Shown in pieces: positions 21,086 to 31,359 of a stretch of DNA of 39,388 nucleotides (positions within the stretch are counted from its first letter, which is position 1; every line of letters begins with the position of its first letter). Below the pieces are notes generated by a model. That model did no database searches and was not told the DNA's origin. It worked only from the letters and a program-made list of their open reading frames with translations. The stretch comes from Candidatus Hydrogenedentota bacterium. Lineage in GTDB: Bacteria; Hydrogenedentota; Hydrogenedentia; Hydrogenedentales; SLHB01. The translations under genes were made by a program, and so were the position numbers. The DNA lies in NCBI GenBank assembly GCA_045863295.1, contig BTWA01000047.1, forward strand, positions 1 to 39,388. The letters are read 5' to 3'.

Positions 21086-22668
21086 TAGCGCGATTCCTTT
21101 TTTATTGTTAAGCGAACAGGATGTTCCATGGTCACTTCGATTGCATAGCCATCGCGCAGTTGCTGCGCTTCCACGACCGTGCCATTCACGTTTGCCTTTT
21201 CGTCAAGTGCCATGGTGAACCATTCAGGAAACTGGTTTAAGCGCGGGTAATCGAACGGCATATGGAACCACTCGCTGTGACGCGGCTTGTCCAAACGGAC
21301 AACGCCTTTCCAGGGCCAATCAGCCTTTATGTGCATATAGATAGTCCCATCCTCGTCGGTTGTGACACCGATTCGGAGATCGCTCCTCCAGGGTTCGAGC
21401 CATGCCCCCTGGGATTTCCACAGTGCGAACATCAGTGCAGTACGCGCGAAGTTGCCGTCACCATGCCATCCCGCAACAACGCCCGTGTCACGTTGCTTGG
21501 ACAGCAGGCGTTCGGCCATGTAGTCCGCCCAAGCGGCCGCCTCGGCGTTGGGCAGGCGATTCAGGAGGTTCAGGCCGCCTTCCAGCGAATCTGCAATGCC
21601 GTCTGCAATATCGCCTTCCCACGCATAATCTTTATTCTTCATCAAGTTGTTTAGGGTGTGGGTGACCGCGGCGCGATAGTGATCAGCGTCATCCAGTTCG
21701 GCGACAACGAGGAACGCATTGTAGTTATAGCCCCAATTGTCGGTCTTTTCTTGTGAGAGAACCTCGCCGGTTACGGGATTAATAAGATTCCAGAGCAATC
21801 CATTTTCGTCTCGTCCAACCTCCAAGATACGATCGAGCAGTCGATGCATGGCCGGCTGCCACGCCTTGTATTTCGCGGGGTCCTTGTGCGCCGCGATATA
21901 GTAGGCCTCGGACAATCCGCTTATGACTTCACAGCCATGATCGTCGAAACGCAATTGTTCTGCTTTCTCAGGCGGATGGTGCACAAAGAAATAGTCCGCC
22001 AAGCGAAATACTTGATCGCGAAAGGCGTCATTCCCTGTCATCCAGTAAACTCGGGACTGGCTCTGCAGAAGGTCACCGCACACTTCGTGCGACGTGGAAG
22101 GCAATAGGCCCACTTCCGTATCTTTCTCCGCATGTTTCCAAATGTCTTCGAGCAGACCCAACATGCGTTCCGACCACGGCGAGGGGCCGAGTAGTTCCGT
22201 CAATGGAGTCAAACCATCCTTCACATACTCGGCGGAACCAAAGATGACATCGTCCATGTTCGGTTCAGGCAACCGGAAGGATTGGGTTGCAAACAAATAG
22301 TCGTCCGGCATCCGGTCCACACGCGACGTAAGGCGTTGCTCTGCCTTTAACATAGCGAGCATAGTGCCATCAAAAGCCGCTCGGTCTGTAAAATAGGTGC
22401 TCAGCACCATAAATGGATAATTGTCTGCGGCGGCATCACGGGCATTCCAATAGAAATCTTTGGTCAAATTGCGCGGGATAAGGCCCGATTCGGGGTCCGC
22501 GTGTTCCATCCAGCCCTGAACAAAACGGAGACAGGCCAAGAGGGCGCGACGGTTTTGCTCACCGTTGGACTCCGCTACGTCCCATATCTCGGCATCTGTA
22601 GATTGTGAAAAGGCCGGGCTTGCCAGCATCCCAGCAAAAACCAATAGTATGCAAAGTACTATACGCAT
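21085..22668 (-). CDS. Secreted hypothetical protein, possibly six-hairpin glycosidase-like
   Basis: Signal peptide MRIVLCILL...PAFS-Q after GGGGAG RBS; helical, aromatic/acidic-rich; AAADNYPF, DDHGCEVISGL, DNWGYNYN, GWHGDGNFART. The fold is inference. Confidence 0.6.
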   Translation of the reverse strand: MRIVLCILLVFAGMLASPAFSQSTDAEIWDVAESNGEQNRRALLACLRFVQGWMEHADPESGLIPRNLTKDFYWNARDAAADNYPFMVLSTYFTDRAAFDGTMLAMLKAEQRLTSRVDRMPDDYLFATQSFRLPEPNMDDVIFGSAEYVKDGLTPLTELLGPSPWSERMLGLLEDIWKHAEKDTEVGLLPSTSHEVCGDLLQSQSRVYWMTGNDAFRDQVFRLADYFFVHHPPEKAEQLRFDDHGCEVISGLSEAYYIAAHKDPAKYKAWQPAMHRLLDRILEVGRDENGLLWNLINPVTGEVLSQEKTDNWGYNYNAFLVVAELDDADHYRAAVTHTLNNLMKNKDYAWEGDIADGIADSLEGGLNLLNRLPNAEAAAWADYMAERLLSKQRDTGVVAGWHGDGNFARTALMFALWKSQGAWLEPWRSDLRIGVTTDEDGTIYMHIKADWPWKGVVRLDKPRHSEWFHMPFDYPRLNQFPEWFTMALDEKANVNGTVVEAQQLRDGYAIEVTMEHPVRLTIKKESR

Positions 22669-22717
22669 GTCGGTCTCCCCAGTCCGGCGCATATTCGCAT
22701 TCAGGCCGGCCATATCG

Positions 22718-24007
22718 TCACGTTCGCTTCTTGCGTGCCGCCGGTTTCTTCACCGCGGCTTTCTTGCTGGGGGGCGTTTTTCGGGTTGCCTGTCTCCGGA
22801 CGGCAGGCTTTCGTGCGGCAGACTTGGACTTGGCGCGTGGTGAACGATGCGCGCTCGAGTCCTCGGGCGGCAAGGGGGATTCGTCGAGAACAACGGACTC
22901 ACCTTCCTGTTGTGCGTCCTCCTCATAATAATGGGCTTCGTCGGTGGCATGTGCATTGAGCCAGTCGATGATCGGTTGGCATACCTCAATGCGGCCATTC
23001 TTGGCAAAAGCCAAATCCATATGGCTGTAGTCTTCGGAGTATCCTTTTGCGCGAGAAAGTACGACCATCTTTTTATCCGAGATCTTTAACCGCTTAAGAA
23101 GCAGTTCCGCATTCCCGATGGGGGTAAAAGGGTCTCCTCCGCCATAAATGGTCAGCAACGGTACGGATACTTCGTCAAGCCGTTCGCCCACCTTGAGCGA
23201 TCCACCGCTCATAACCCAAGGCGAACCGGTTGCCCATTGATTCATGGCGATCCCGACTTGAGGCGGTATCGGTTCCACCAAGTGAATCAGTTCGGTTGTG
23301 CCAATTTTGGGATGTACGTTTATCCAATTGATGGGCAATACCGGCAAGTTGGGCTTAAGACGGCTGGAAAATGGGGCGATCAGCTTCATCGAAGTATTCA
23401 CCAGCAAAGGAGAGAAACCATTTATCGACAGAAGTGTGCTGGGCGATTCGTACTGGATGTTCTTAAAACTTGGAGGCGAGCCAATGGCAACCCCGCTGGC
23501 GAGACATGCTGATCCAAAGGTCAAATCGAATGCGTACAACAGCATGCCACCCAGTGAATGGCCTATCCAGTGGACTTTGTTGTAGCCGGTTTCCCTGCGG
23601 ATGTATTCAATCGCGGCGGGAATGTCTTTCAACAGGTAGTCGTCCAACGAAATGCCCCGCTTGCCTGCGCCACGCGGGGGAACCGCGCTTCGGCATCCGC
23701 GCAAATCGATGCACCAGCAATCGTATCCTGCCTTTACAAGCGCATGAACAATCCCTTCGCCTTCCGGTACCGCAAAACTCAAATGATTACTGACAAGGCT
23801 ATGGCACAGGAAGACCGGCTGGCCCTCCACGTTCTTGGACTTCATCCGGTACAACTGTATTTTCCATCCGTCCCGGGTGGTCACGGTATGTACTTCATCC
23901 GCGGCAGTGGGCATGGGATGCGTCGCAAGCAACCAGACGTAATATCCATAGAAAAGAATGACTACGGCCACAATGGCGACGGCAACTATGGAGGCAACGA
24001 CCAGCAT
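22718..24007 (-). CDS. Membrane-anchored alpha/beta hydrolase with Lys/Ala/Arg-rich C-terminal tail
   Basis: N-terminal TM; GYDCWCIDLRG, WIGHSLGG nucleophile elbow, GGGDPF, YSHMDL; ATG overlaps the uvrC stop (TGATG). Confidence 0.85.
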   Translation of the reverse strand: MLVVASIVAVAIVAVVILFYGYYVWLLATHPMPTAADEVHTVTTRDGWKIQLYRMKSKNVEGQPVFLCHSLVSNHLSFAVPEGEGIVHALVKAGYDCWCIDLRGCRSAVPPRGAGKRGISLDDYLLKDIPAAIEYIRRETGYNKVHWIGHSLGGMLLYAFDLTFGSACLASGVAIGSPPSFKNIQYESPSTLLSINGFSPLLVNTSMKLIAPFSSRLKPNLPVLPINWINVHPKIGTTELIHLVEPIPPQVGIAMNQWATGSPWVMSGGSLKVGERLDEVSVPLLTIYGGGDPFTPIGNAELLLKRLKISDKKMVVLSRAKGYSEDYSHMDLAFAKNGRIEVCQPIIDWLNAHATDEAHYYEEDAQQEGESVVLDESPLPPEDSSAHRSPRAKSKSAARKPAVRRQATRKTPPSKKAAVKKPAARKKRT

Positions 24008-25935
24008 CAGGGCTCCTTCCGCGTGACGGACTCATTTGCTCTGGCCAGATGTAACTTCACCGATTCGGCCAAAGCCCGGCTAAAACCGGGAATAGACTCG
24101 ATTTCCTCAATGGATGCATCCCGTACTTTAGAGAGGGAACCCATGCGGTTCAAGAGAAGCCGCGCCCGTTTGAGTCCAACGCCGGGAATCCCGGTAAGAC
24201 TGGTCTGTAATGTGCTTTTGGATCGCCGTTTGCGATTGTAAGTAATGGCAAATCGGTGTGCCTCGTCCCGGATACGGGCCAACAGCAAAACAACTGGCGA
24301 ATGCTGGGGCAAGACGATAGGATTGGCCCGGCCTGGCACGAAGAAACGTTCGGGTGAGCGAGAACCGCTGTCGAGAGCCCTCGACTTCGCTATACCCACC
24401 GCCGGCACATCTTCAATTCCAAGATCCTTCAAAACCGTCACGGCGACATTCAACTGACCTTTGCCGCCGTCGATCAGGGCCAAGTCAGGCAGGTCGTCTT
24501 CCTGAACGGCGCGTTGAAATCTTCGTAGCAGCATTTCGCGCATCATGGCGAAATCGTCTTGGCCTTCAACGGTCTTAATGGAATAGCGCCGATACCGTTT
24601 CTTGTCGGGTTGCGCCCCAGTAAACGTCACCATCGATCCGACGGGCTTGTCTCCTTGATGTGTGCTAATGTCAAAGCACTCAATCCGGTTCGGCAGCTTG
24701 GGAAGTTGCAGCGCTTCCTTGATGACATCGATCAGATCGGTATTCGCCTTTTCCATCATGCGCTTTTCTTCGAAGTTGGTCTGCGCATTCTTGTTTGCGA
24801 GTTCGATCAAAGCGCGCTTTTCGCCGCGTTGGGGAAAATGAACATGCACCCTGCCTCCCTTCAAGTCGGATAACAGGTCGGACATCGTCTCCGCTTCTTC
24901 CAGCGCCGCAGGGATCAAAATCTCCGCCGGAACCATGGATAACTCGGAATAGTATTGCAGAAGAAAAGAACCCAGTGTTTCTTCCAGTGGCATCTCGCGC
25001 CGGTTAAACGAAAATGACCGTCCCCCGCTCAGCACGCCGTGCCGGTAAAAGAGTACCTGGATCTCGCTGAATCGGCCGTGCGTATACACGCCCACTACGT
25101 CCCGTTCGTCCTCTCCACTCAAGGTCACAGTCCGTTGGCGTTCGAGTGTGCGGCGCAATGCATACAGCCGATCCCGCAATTCCGCCGCCTTCTCAAACTC
25201 CAGTTCATCCGCAAGTGCCTGGATCTGGCGCACCAAGTCTTTTTCGAGATCCGCGCTGCGCCCGTCCAGAAATAAGAGGACTTGATCCACCAGCGCCCGG
25301 TATCGCTCCCGATCGATGTACCGGACACAGGGCGCCGTACACTGCTTCATTTGGTAATAAAGACACGGCCTAGATCGGTTGTTCAACACAGCATCGCTGC
25401 AGGTGCGCAAGGGAAATACGCGCTGAATCGCCTTCAGCGTTTCACGCACCGAACCGGCACTGGAATAGGGGCCAAAATACTTGGAACCGTCTTTGCGAAA
25501 CTTGCGTGTTACTGTGACCCTCGGAAAATCATGGGCGATATTGACGCGAAGCATCACGTGGGTCTTGTCGTCTTTCAAATGCACGTTGTAGCGTGGACGA
25601 TGCTGCTTGATAAGGTGATTTTCCAGCAGCAGCGCTTCTTTTTCATTCGCCGTCACCAGGAAGTCAATGCCGGCAACACGATTCATTAGAAACTTAACCG
25701 TGTACCTGCTGTCAGTCTCGTTGATATACGACCGGATGCGGGCACGGAGATTCTTGGCTTTTCCAACGTATATGATTTTCCGGGCTTCGTCGTGCATGAG
25801 ATAGCAGCCCGCACTGGTAGGAACGCGGGAAAGGTCGAACGACGCGGCAAAGTCCGAATCTGCCCTCTCTCCGCCCTCGGCGGGAAGAAGGATGTCGACA
25901 TGGGTAAGCTCGGAAAAATCGGGCGGTTCAGGCAT
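24007..25935 (-). CDS. uvrC: Excinuclease ABC subunit C
   Basis: GIY-YIG IIYVGKAKNLRARIRSY, YFGPY, PCLYYQMKQCTAPC, UVR domain, RIECFDIS, LIDGGKGQL, RDEAHRFAI, HhH motifs. Confidence 0.98.
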   Translation of the reverse strand: MPEPPDFSELTHVDILLPAEGGERADSDFAASFDLSRVPTSAGCYLMHDEARKIIYVGKAKNLRARIRSYINETDSRYTVKFLMNRVAGIDFLVTANEKEALLLENHLIKQHRPRYNVHLKDDKTHVMLRVNIAHDFPRVTVTRKFRKDGSKYFGPYSSAGSVRETLKAIQRVFPLRTCSDAVLNNRSRPCLYYQMKQCTAPCVRYIDRERYRALVDQVLLFLDGRSADLEKDLVRQIQALADELEFEKAAELRDRLYALRRTLERQRTVTLSGEDERDVVGVYTHGRFSEIQVLFYRHGVLSGGRSFSFNRREMPLEETLGSFLLQYYSELSMVPAEILIPAALEEAETMSDLLSDLKGGRVHVHFPQRGEKRALIELANKNAQTNFEEKRMMEKANTDLIDVIKEALQLPKLPNRIECFDISTHQGDKPVGSMVTFTGAQPDKKRYRRYSIKTVEGQDDFAMMREMLLRRFQRAVQEDDLPDLALIDGGKGQLNVAVTVLKDLGIEDVPAVGIAKSRALDSGSRSPERFFVPGRANPIVLPQHSPVVLLLARIRDEAHRFAITYNRKRRSKSTLQTSLTGIPGVGLKRARLLLNRMGSLSKVRDASIEEIESIPGFSRALAESVKLHLARANESVTRKEP

Positions 25936-26055
25936 GGAGACAGGATACCATACACAAGGAGCGGCGATTCATTCTGTCCGACGCAAAGGAGTTTTGCCCG
26001 GCCACGTGACTTGATGCTACATTTCTGTTCGGCTTGGCCGCTAAGGAAATGACTG

Positions 26056-27333
26056 GTGAAGAACCCTCACTATAAATCGACCCTGGATTGGCTCCATGGC
26101 ATACGCTTCTTCGTTCGGATAGTCTTGACATTTCTGCCATACGCGGCCTTGTCCACGGCGACGGCAGCCGATTGGCCTCAATGGCGTGGTATCAACCGCG
26201 ATGGCAAGTCCACGGAGACGGATCTCTTAAAGGTGTGGCCTCCGGACGGTCCCAAGCGAATTTGGCAAGTGGAAGCCCTTGGAGAAGGCCACGCTTCCAT
26301 GGCGGTTGCAAACGGTCGCATATATACGACGGGCATGCTCGAAGAAAGTAACGAGGGCGTCCTGTCCGCGATCGATCTCCAGGGCAATCTCTTATGGCAA
26401 CGAAAATACGGACCGGAGTGGACGGAAGGGTATCCGGGCGCGCGTTCCTGCCCGACGGTGGACGGCAATCGTGTGTACGCAGTGAGTGGAACCGGGCGCA
26501 TCGTCTGCCTCGATGCAAAGTCGGGAGAAATGCTTTGGTCCCGGGACATGACGTCTGATTTGGGCGCAATCGCTCCCAAAATGGGCTTCGCGGAATCTCC
26601 AATCGTTATAGGCAAAAACGTCTACTGCACACCCGGAGGAAACGAGGTGTGCATTGCGGCCTTGGACAAACTGACTGGCAAGACGGTTGCAACTACCAAG
26701 TCTCTGTCCGACAAGAATGCCTACTGCTCGCCAATCTATGTCGAGAAGGGCGGGCAACCGCTCCTGATAACGTTGACCGACATCCATCTGGTGGGCGTCG
26801 ACCCGCGGGACTGCGGCGTTGTGTGGAGCACTCCCTTTGACGAAAACGAAGAACTGCAGAACCATTCCGTCAGCCCAATCTATGTGGATGGCCACATTTA
26901 TGTAACCAGTGCGCATCGCACCGGTGGCACACTCTTTACTCTCGCCGAAAGCGGCAAAAGCGTCACTCAGGGCTGGTCCGATGAAACGTTGTGTACGCTG
27001 CACGGCGGAGTAGTCGCCGTAAACGGCTTCATCTATGGCTCCAGCAACCTCGGCAAGTGGGTGTGTGTCGATATTCGCAACGGGCAGATCATGTACGAAC
27101 AAGACGGCGTGGGGAAGGGGTCCATCATCTACGCAAACGGCATGCTCTATTGCTACGGCGAAAAGGGAGATTTCGCACTGGTGGAAGCCATTCCCGATTC
27201 ATTCCGCGTGGTTAGCCAATTCAAGATCCGCGAAGGCAAAGGTCCTCATTGGGCACACCCGGTAATTGCCGGAGGACGGTTGTACATCCGGCAAAATGGT
27301 ACCATCTCGGCATACCAAATCAAGACTCCCTGA
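26056..27333 (+). CDS. Secreted PQQ-binding-like beta-propeller (BamB-like repeat) protein
   Basis: ADWPQWRGINRDG, CLDAKSGEMLW, ALDKLTGKTV, WAHPVIAGGRLYIR; start uncertain. Confidence 0.85.
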   Translation: MKNPHYKSTLDWLHGIRFFVRIVLTFLPYAALSTATAADWPQWRGINRDGKSTETDLLKVWPPDGPKRIWQVEALGEGHASMAVANGRIYTTGMLEESNEGVLSAIDLQGNLLWQRKYGPEWTEGYPGARSCPTVDGNRVYAVSGTGRIVCLDAKSGEMLWSRDMTSDLGAIAPKMGFAESPIVIGKNVYCTPGGNEVCIAALDKLTGKTVATTKSLSDKNAYCSPIYVEKGGQPLLITLTDIHLVGVDPRDCGVVWSTPFDENEELQNHSVSPIYVDGHIYVTSAHRTGGTLFTLAESGKSVTQGWSDETLCTLHGGVVAVNGFIYGSSNLGKWVCVDIRNGQIMYEQDGVGKGSIIYANGMLYCYGEKGDFALVEAIPDSFRVVSQFKIREGKGPHWAHPVIAGGRLYIRQNGTISAYQIKTP

Positions 27334-27342
27334 AACGCCAAA

Positions 27343-27372
27343 TTGACTTGAGCGTGCCCGGTTTGATACGCT
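27343..27372 (+). promoter_or_regulatory. Sigma70-type promoter for tRNA-Ala
   Basis: TTGACT-N18-TACGCT with TGn extended -10. Confidence 0.6.
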
Positions 27373-27420
27373 CCTTTCGATTCACCACGCCGCACAGGCA
27401 TGTGAGTTTTTCCCAATTAA

Positions 27421-27496
27421 GGGGCTGTAGCTCAGCTGGGAGAGCGCTGCGTTCGCAATGCAGAGGTCAGGGGTTCGATCCCCCTCAGCTCCACCA
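27421..27496 (+). tRNA. tRNA-Ala (anticodon CGC)
   Basis: GGGGCTG acceptor with G3:U70, D-arm AGCTCAGCTGGGAGAGC, anticodon arm CTGCG-TTCGCAA-TGCAG, T-loop GGTTCGATC, encoded CCA; 76 nt. Confidence 0.97.
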
Positions 27497-27511
27497 AATT
27501 TGACTCCTCGG

Positions 27512-27550
27512 ACGGCGGTCCCGGTGTGATACCGTGACCGCCGTTTTTCT
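27512..27550 (+). terminator. Intrinsic terminator after tRNA-Ala
   Basis: ACGGCGGTC-c-CGGT...ACCG-t-GACCGCCGT followed by TTTTCT. Confidence 0.8.
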
Positions 27551-27664
27551 GCGCTCCGGCACCGCAACGCCGGTATGCAGGCTGCGGCCGTGATCGAGAA
27601 GGGCCGCGCTGAATTCGATTCGCGCCATCGTCTGCCGTCTATTTCGGAGCCTGAAGCGTCCTTT

Positions 27665-28897
27665 ATGGTCAAACCGCATCACCGAGTCTATGCGTCCGCC
27701 TTCTTCATGGATTTGGCGGCCGCGACCGGCTTTTGCATTGTGCCGTTCTTCATCTACGATTTTCTTGGCGGCGGCGCGGAGACCTCCGGCCGGGTGGCGG
27801 CTGTTCAGTCCCTGGTATATGCGATTTGCTGCCTGTTGACGGCGCGCTTCGTTACTCGCTCGAAAAACAGTCTGATATGGGCGGTGGTCGGGGCTACGGC
27901 TTTCACTCTCATACTGCCACTGGCGGCCCTGTTCACCAATCTGTATCTCTTCGCCATCGTGACCGTAGTTGGTTTCTGCATGGGCGCCCTGTATTGGCCG
28001 GCACTGCAAGCCTTTCTCGGTACGGAACCGGATCCGCATATCCGCAGCCGGCGCATTTCGCACTATAATATTGCGTGGTGCATAGGGTTGGCGGCTGCAG
28101 GCCCCATAGCAGGCTGGCTATATTCGATTGATTTTCGTCTGGCCTTTGCCTTCATTTTTGTGGGCGGAGCAGCCTCGGCAGGATTCGTCGCATTCAATCC
28201 GGGTGGCTCGACGGCCACTCCGGAAGCAAAGTCGTCCGATTCCGCCGATGTTCCGTCGCTTGCGCATGAGGCCAGCGCTCACTTGTACTACGCGTGGATC
28301 GCAAACCTGTTCGGATTCTTACTGGTAGGGGTACTTCGTTCCGTTTTCACCAAACGTATCGACGATCTCGTGGCCGACGGCGAACTGGTCTTGTTTTATG
28401 CCGGCGAGACCGGTGCCTTGACGTACAAAGCCGCCTATTACTACGGCTGGCTCACAGTCGTGCTGTATGCGTCCCGCATAGGGGCTACATGGTTAATGGG
28501 GATTTGGCACAATTGGCACTATCGCTTCAGTTTGATGGTCGTGCTTCAGCTTCTGGCTGGAGCCTCTTTCTACTTGCTTGGTCATACCAATAGTCTCGTC
28601 GTGATGGCGGTCTGCTTCGCGGTGGTTGGAACCAGCGGAGCCGCAACCTTCTTTGCCAGCTTGTATTACAGCGTTTCGGAATCGGAGCATCGCTACCGCC
28701 GTTCCACAATTCACGAGAGCATGACCGGTTTCGGAGCCAGCCTGGGAGCAATGCTTTTCGGCGAACTCGCGGGCCGTTACGGCAACACCATGCCTTTGGT
28801 ATACACACCATGGCTCGTTGCCGGCGTGTTGGTGTTACAGTATCTGCTGCTCCGGTACGGCCGGAGCCGCTGGACGGCATCGATTCGGGCGGTTTGA
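27665..28897 (+). CDS. MFS transporter
   Basis: About 12 hydrophobic helices in two halves, [31 protein letters not shown]; start may be 27575. Confidence 0.85.
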   Translation: MVKPHHRVYASAFFMDLAAATGFCIVPFFIYDFLGGGAETSGRVAAVQSLVYAICCLLTARFVTRSKNSLIWAVVGATAFTLILPLAALFTNLYLFAIVTVVGFCMGALYWPALQAFLGTEPDPHIRSRRISHYNIAWCIGLAAAGPIAGWLYSIDFRLAFAFIFVGGAASAGFVAFNPGGSTATPEAKSSDSADVPSLAHEASAHLYYAWIANLFGFLLVGVLRSVFTKRIDDLVADGELVLFYAGETGALTYKAAYYYGWLTVVLYASRIGATWLMGIWHNWHYRFSLMVVLQLLAGASFYLLGHTNSLVVMAVCFAVVGTSGAATFFASLYYSVSESEHRYRRSTIHESMTGFGASLGAMLFGELAGRYGNTMPLVYTPWLVAGVLVLQYLLLRYGRSRWTASIRAV

Positions 28898-28959
28898 CGG
28901 GATCGCGTGCCTGTGGTAATTTCCCCCTGGGTTTTGCATAGCGGAAGGAGTCTCTCAGT

Positions 28960-29349
28960 ATGGAAAAGCGTTGTATTACATCTCCGAATTCGTTGCCGGC
29001 GACCGCACCGTATTCGCACGCTGTGGCGGTAGGGAATCTATTGTTCGTGTCTGGTCAGGTCTGTTTGGCACCCGATGGAAGCGGCCCCAAGAATTCGAGT
29101 TTCGAGGTAGAGGTCAGGCAGACACTGGACAACCTCAAGACAATCCTTGAGGACAGCGGTTCAGGCCTGCAACATGTCGCCAAAACGACGGTATTTCTTT
29201 CTGACATGAACAACTTTGCCGCACTGAATGCAATTTATAGGGAATATTTCCCAGACAACCAGCCGGCTCGCACATGCATCCAGGCCGGAAGGCTTCCCCT
29301 AAATCTAAACGTGGAAGTGGAAGCCGTTGCAGTTATTCCTGGCGCGTGA
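28960..29349 (+). CDS. RidA/YjgF/UK114 family enamine deaminase
   Basis: APYSHAV, LFVSGQ, KTTVFLSDMNNFAALNAIYREYF, PARTCI, VEVEAVA; GGAAGGAG RBS. Confidence 0.93.
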   Translation: MEKRCITSPNSLPATAPYSHAVAVGNLLFVSGQVCLAPDGSGPKNSSFEVEVRQTLDNLKTILEDSGSGLQHVAKTTVFLSDMNNFAALNAIYREYFPDNQPARTCIQAGRLPLNLNVEVEAVAVIPGA

Positions 29350-29374
29350 TCCAACAGAAAGGCAGTAACTCCAT

Positions 29375-30637
29375 TTGCGAATCCGAGTACTTTCGGTTCT
29401 GACGTGTTCGCTTGTAGCCATGAGTATGCTCGCGGCTGGGCAAGTCGTGTCCCCGGCCGATTTGAATACTCGAGGAGTTGAATTCTACAAACAAAAACAG
29501 TGGGAAAAGGCTATCAAGGAGTTTGTGCAGGCCTACGAAATCGTGCCGGAAAACGAAACCGTGCGCCGCAACTTGTGCAATGCCTATCAGGCTCTCGCCA
29601 ATGATCTCGCCCGTGAATCCAACTTTGTGGCTGCGACGGAGTTGCTCAATTACGCTATCAGCGTAGACCCGGAAAATCCCGCGCCCCTGACGCAACTCGG
29701 CTCCTATTACATCCGGCTCGATATGCCAAACGAAGCCATTTTTCGATTGGAAGAGGCTATTGAACTGGATGAAAGCCAAACGGACGCATTGGACTTGCTG
29801 GGAGACGCCTATTACCGGGCAAACGATCTCGCGAGGGCGATTCAGCAGTGGGAATTGCTGAAAAGCCGGCAGCCCGATCGACAGGGACTTGCCGACAAGC
29901 TGGACAAGGCCTACCGCGAAGCGGCCGTGGAATCACAGTTCAAAAAGCATTCCTCTCAGTTCTTTGAGATAAGTTATGCCCCGGGCACCAGCGGAGGCGA
30001 CGTGGGTCGGGTCCGGTCTATCCTTGATAAAGCGTACCGGGATCTGGGAAAACAAACCGGCGGCATTTACCCGCCGACGCCGATCCAAGTCATTCTCCAT
30101 ACGACCGATGGGTTCGCCCAAGTGACTCAGTTGGGTGCCCACGTAGGGGGCGTGTATGACGGCAAGATTCGTGTGCCTATTGCGGACAAAGAAGGCCATA
30201 CGCTGAATGATAAAGACCTTATTCGCGTGCTTTACCACGAGTACACGCACGTAATTGTACGTTTCTGGGTGGGTGACAACGCGCCGTGGTGGCTGAATGA
30301 AGGTTTGGCAGAGACTTTTTCGAACGATTTGGACAGTAGCCAGTACGGCTTATTGAACGAAATGAGTAAAGCAGGTGCGCTGTTTTCTTTAAGCGAATTG
30401 GAAGATGCACAGCTCTCCAAATTGGATGTCGATTCGTTGCACGTGGCTTATTTGCAGTCGCACGCCGTAGTGCAATACTTGTGGAACCGGTACGGCGTCC
30501 GTGGGCTCAAGCCCATGTTTGATTCGTTGGCGCAAGGCATGCCCGTTGAGGACGCATTGGTACAAAGTTACAAGCTGAATTACAAGATGCTCGATCAAAA
30601 AGTGCGTGAATCGTCCGCACAATACGCCTCGCGCTGA
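29375..30637 (+). CDS. Secreted TPR-repeat protein with C-terminal gluzincin (peptidase MA-like) domain
   Basis: Signal peptide; about five TPR-like units; GGVYDGKIRV, VLYHEYTHV, PWWLNEGLAE. Confidence 0.85.
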   Translation: MRIRVLSVLTCSLVAMSMLAAGQVVSPADLNTRGVEFYKQKQWEKAIKEFVQAYEIVPENETVRRNLCNAYQALANDLARESNFVAATELLNYAISVDPENPAPLTQLGSYYIRLDMPNEAIFRLEEAIELDESQTDALDLLGDAYYRANDLARAIQQWELLKSRQPDRQGLADKLDKAYREAAVESQFKKHSSQFFEISYAPGTSGGDVGRVRSILDKAYRDLGKQTGGIYPPTPIQVILHTTDGFAQVTQLGAHVGGVYDGKIRVPIADKEGHTLNDKDLIRVLYHEYTHVIVRFWVGDNAPWWLNEGLAETFSNDLDSSQYGLLNEMSKAGALFSLSELEDAQLSKLDVDSLHVAYLQSHAVVQYLWNRYGVRGLKPMFDSLAQGMPVEDALVQSYKLNYKMLDQKVRESSAQYASR

Positions 30638-30701
30638 TTACTCGACTGCACGGTCTTCTTTTCTCCCGTTGCCCGCTTGGTGTAGTCTATTCCCAATTCC
30701 T

Positions 30702-31331
30702 ATGCTTAAACAGGGTACATCCGCACTATTAGTAGTTGTCTTGGCCGTACTGCCCGCGTGCGCCTCGCGGAAGATGACCGACCAACTCGCGTCCGTGCAA
30801 ACCGCGCAGGAAGCCGGGCTTGCCAAGCCGGGCACATGGCAACCCGGCAGGGGCGGATTGGAAAACGTCTTGCCGCCGATTGCCTCCATGCAGGACCTTG
30901 CGGCTGCAAAAGATGGCATTGGCATCAGCACGGCCATTGTCCCGGGATTCGTCGCTCAAGACATCGAGGCTGAAGCCGATGTCGAGTTTGATTCCACTGG
31001 CGCGGCGGCGGTCTGCTTCCGTGTGCTCCAAGAAGATTCCGGATTGATAACGTCCATGTATACCGTGGCAGTCTTTTCAAAAGGTGTCCACTTGTGGCGA
31101 TTGCAGGCAGGGCGCTGGTCGAGGTTGCACTCGTATTTCTTGGAATTGCCCGTTTTACAGACCCATCGGGTCTACGTAAAGGTCCGGCGAGACCTGGTTA
31201 CTGTCGCCATTAATGGAAAGACGCTGTTCCAGGCGCGGGACTCTGTCTTGGTCACGCCGGGTAGCGTAGGTGTGAGGGCGAGCGAAGGACAATGCCGGTT
31301 TCATTCATTCCGTGTGAAATCGTTGAAGTGA
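30702..31331 (+). CDS. Putative lipoprotein with concanavalin-like (DUF1080-like) beta-sandwich
   Basis: MLKQ...LVVVLAVLPA-C lipobox; DIEAEADV, VTVAINGK, PGSVGV, FHSFRVKSL. Confidence 0.55.
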   Translation: MLKQGTSALLVVVLAVLPACASRKMTDQLASVQTAQEAGLAKPGTWQPGRGGLENVLPPIASMQDLAAAKDGIGISTAIVPGFVAQDIEAEADVEFDSTGAAAVCFRVLQEDSGLITSMYTVAVFSKGVHLWRLQAGRWSRLHSYFLELPVLQTHRVYVKVRRDLVTVAINGKTLFQARDSVLVTPGSVGVRASEGQCRFHSFRVKSLK

Positions 31332-31359
31332 GTACCAACTAACCGCAGGATTCAGCAAC

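Noticed and set aside
27421..28897. tRNA-Ala as an integration site for an island
   Set aside because: No integrase and no duplicated tRNA 3' end seen; an ordinary terminator and housekeeping-type genes follow
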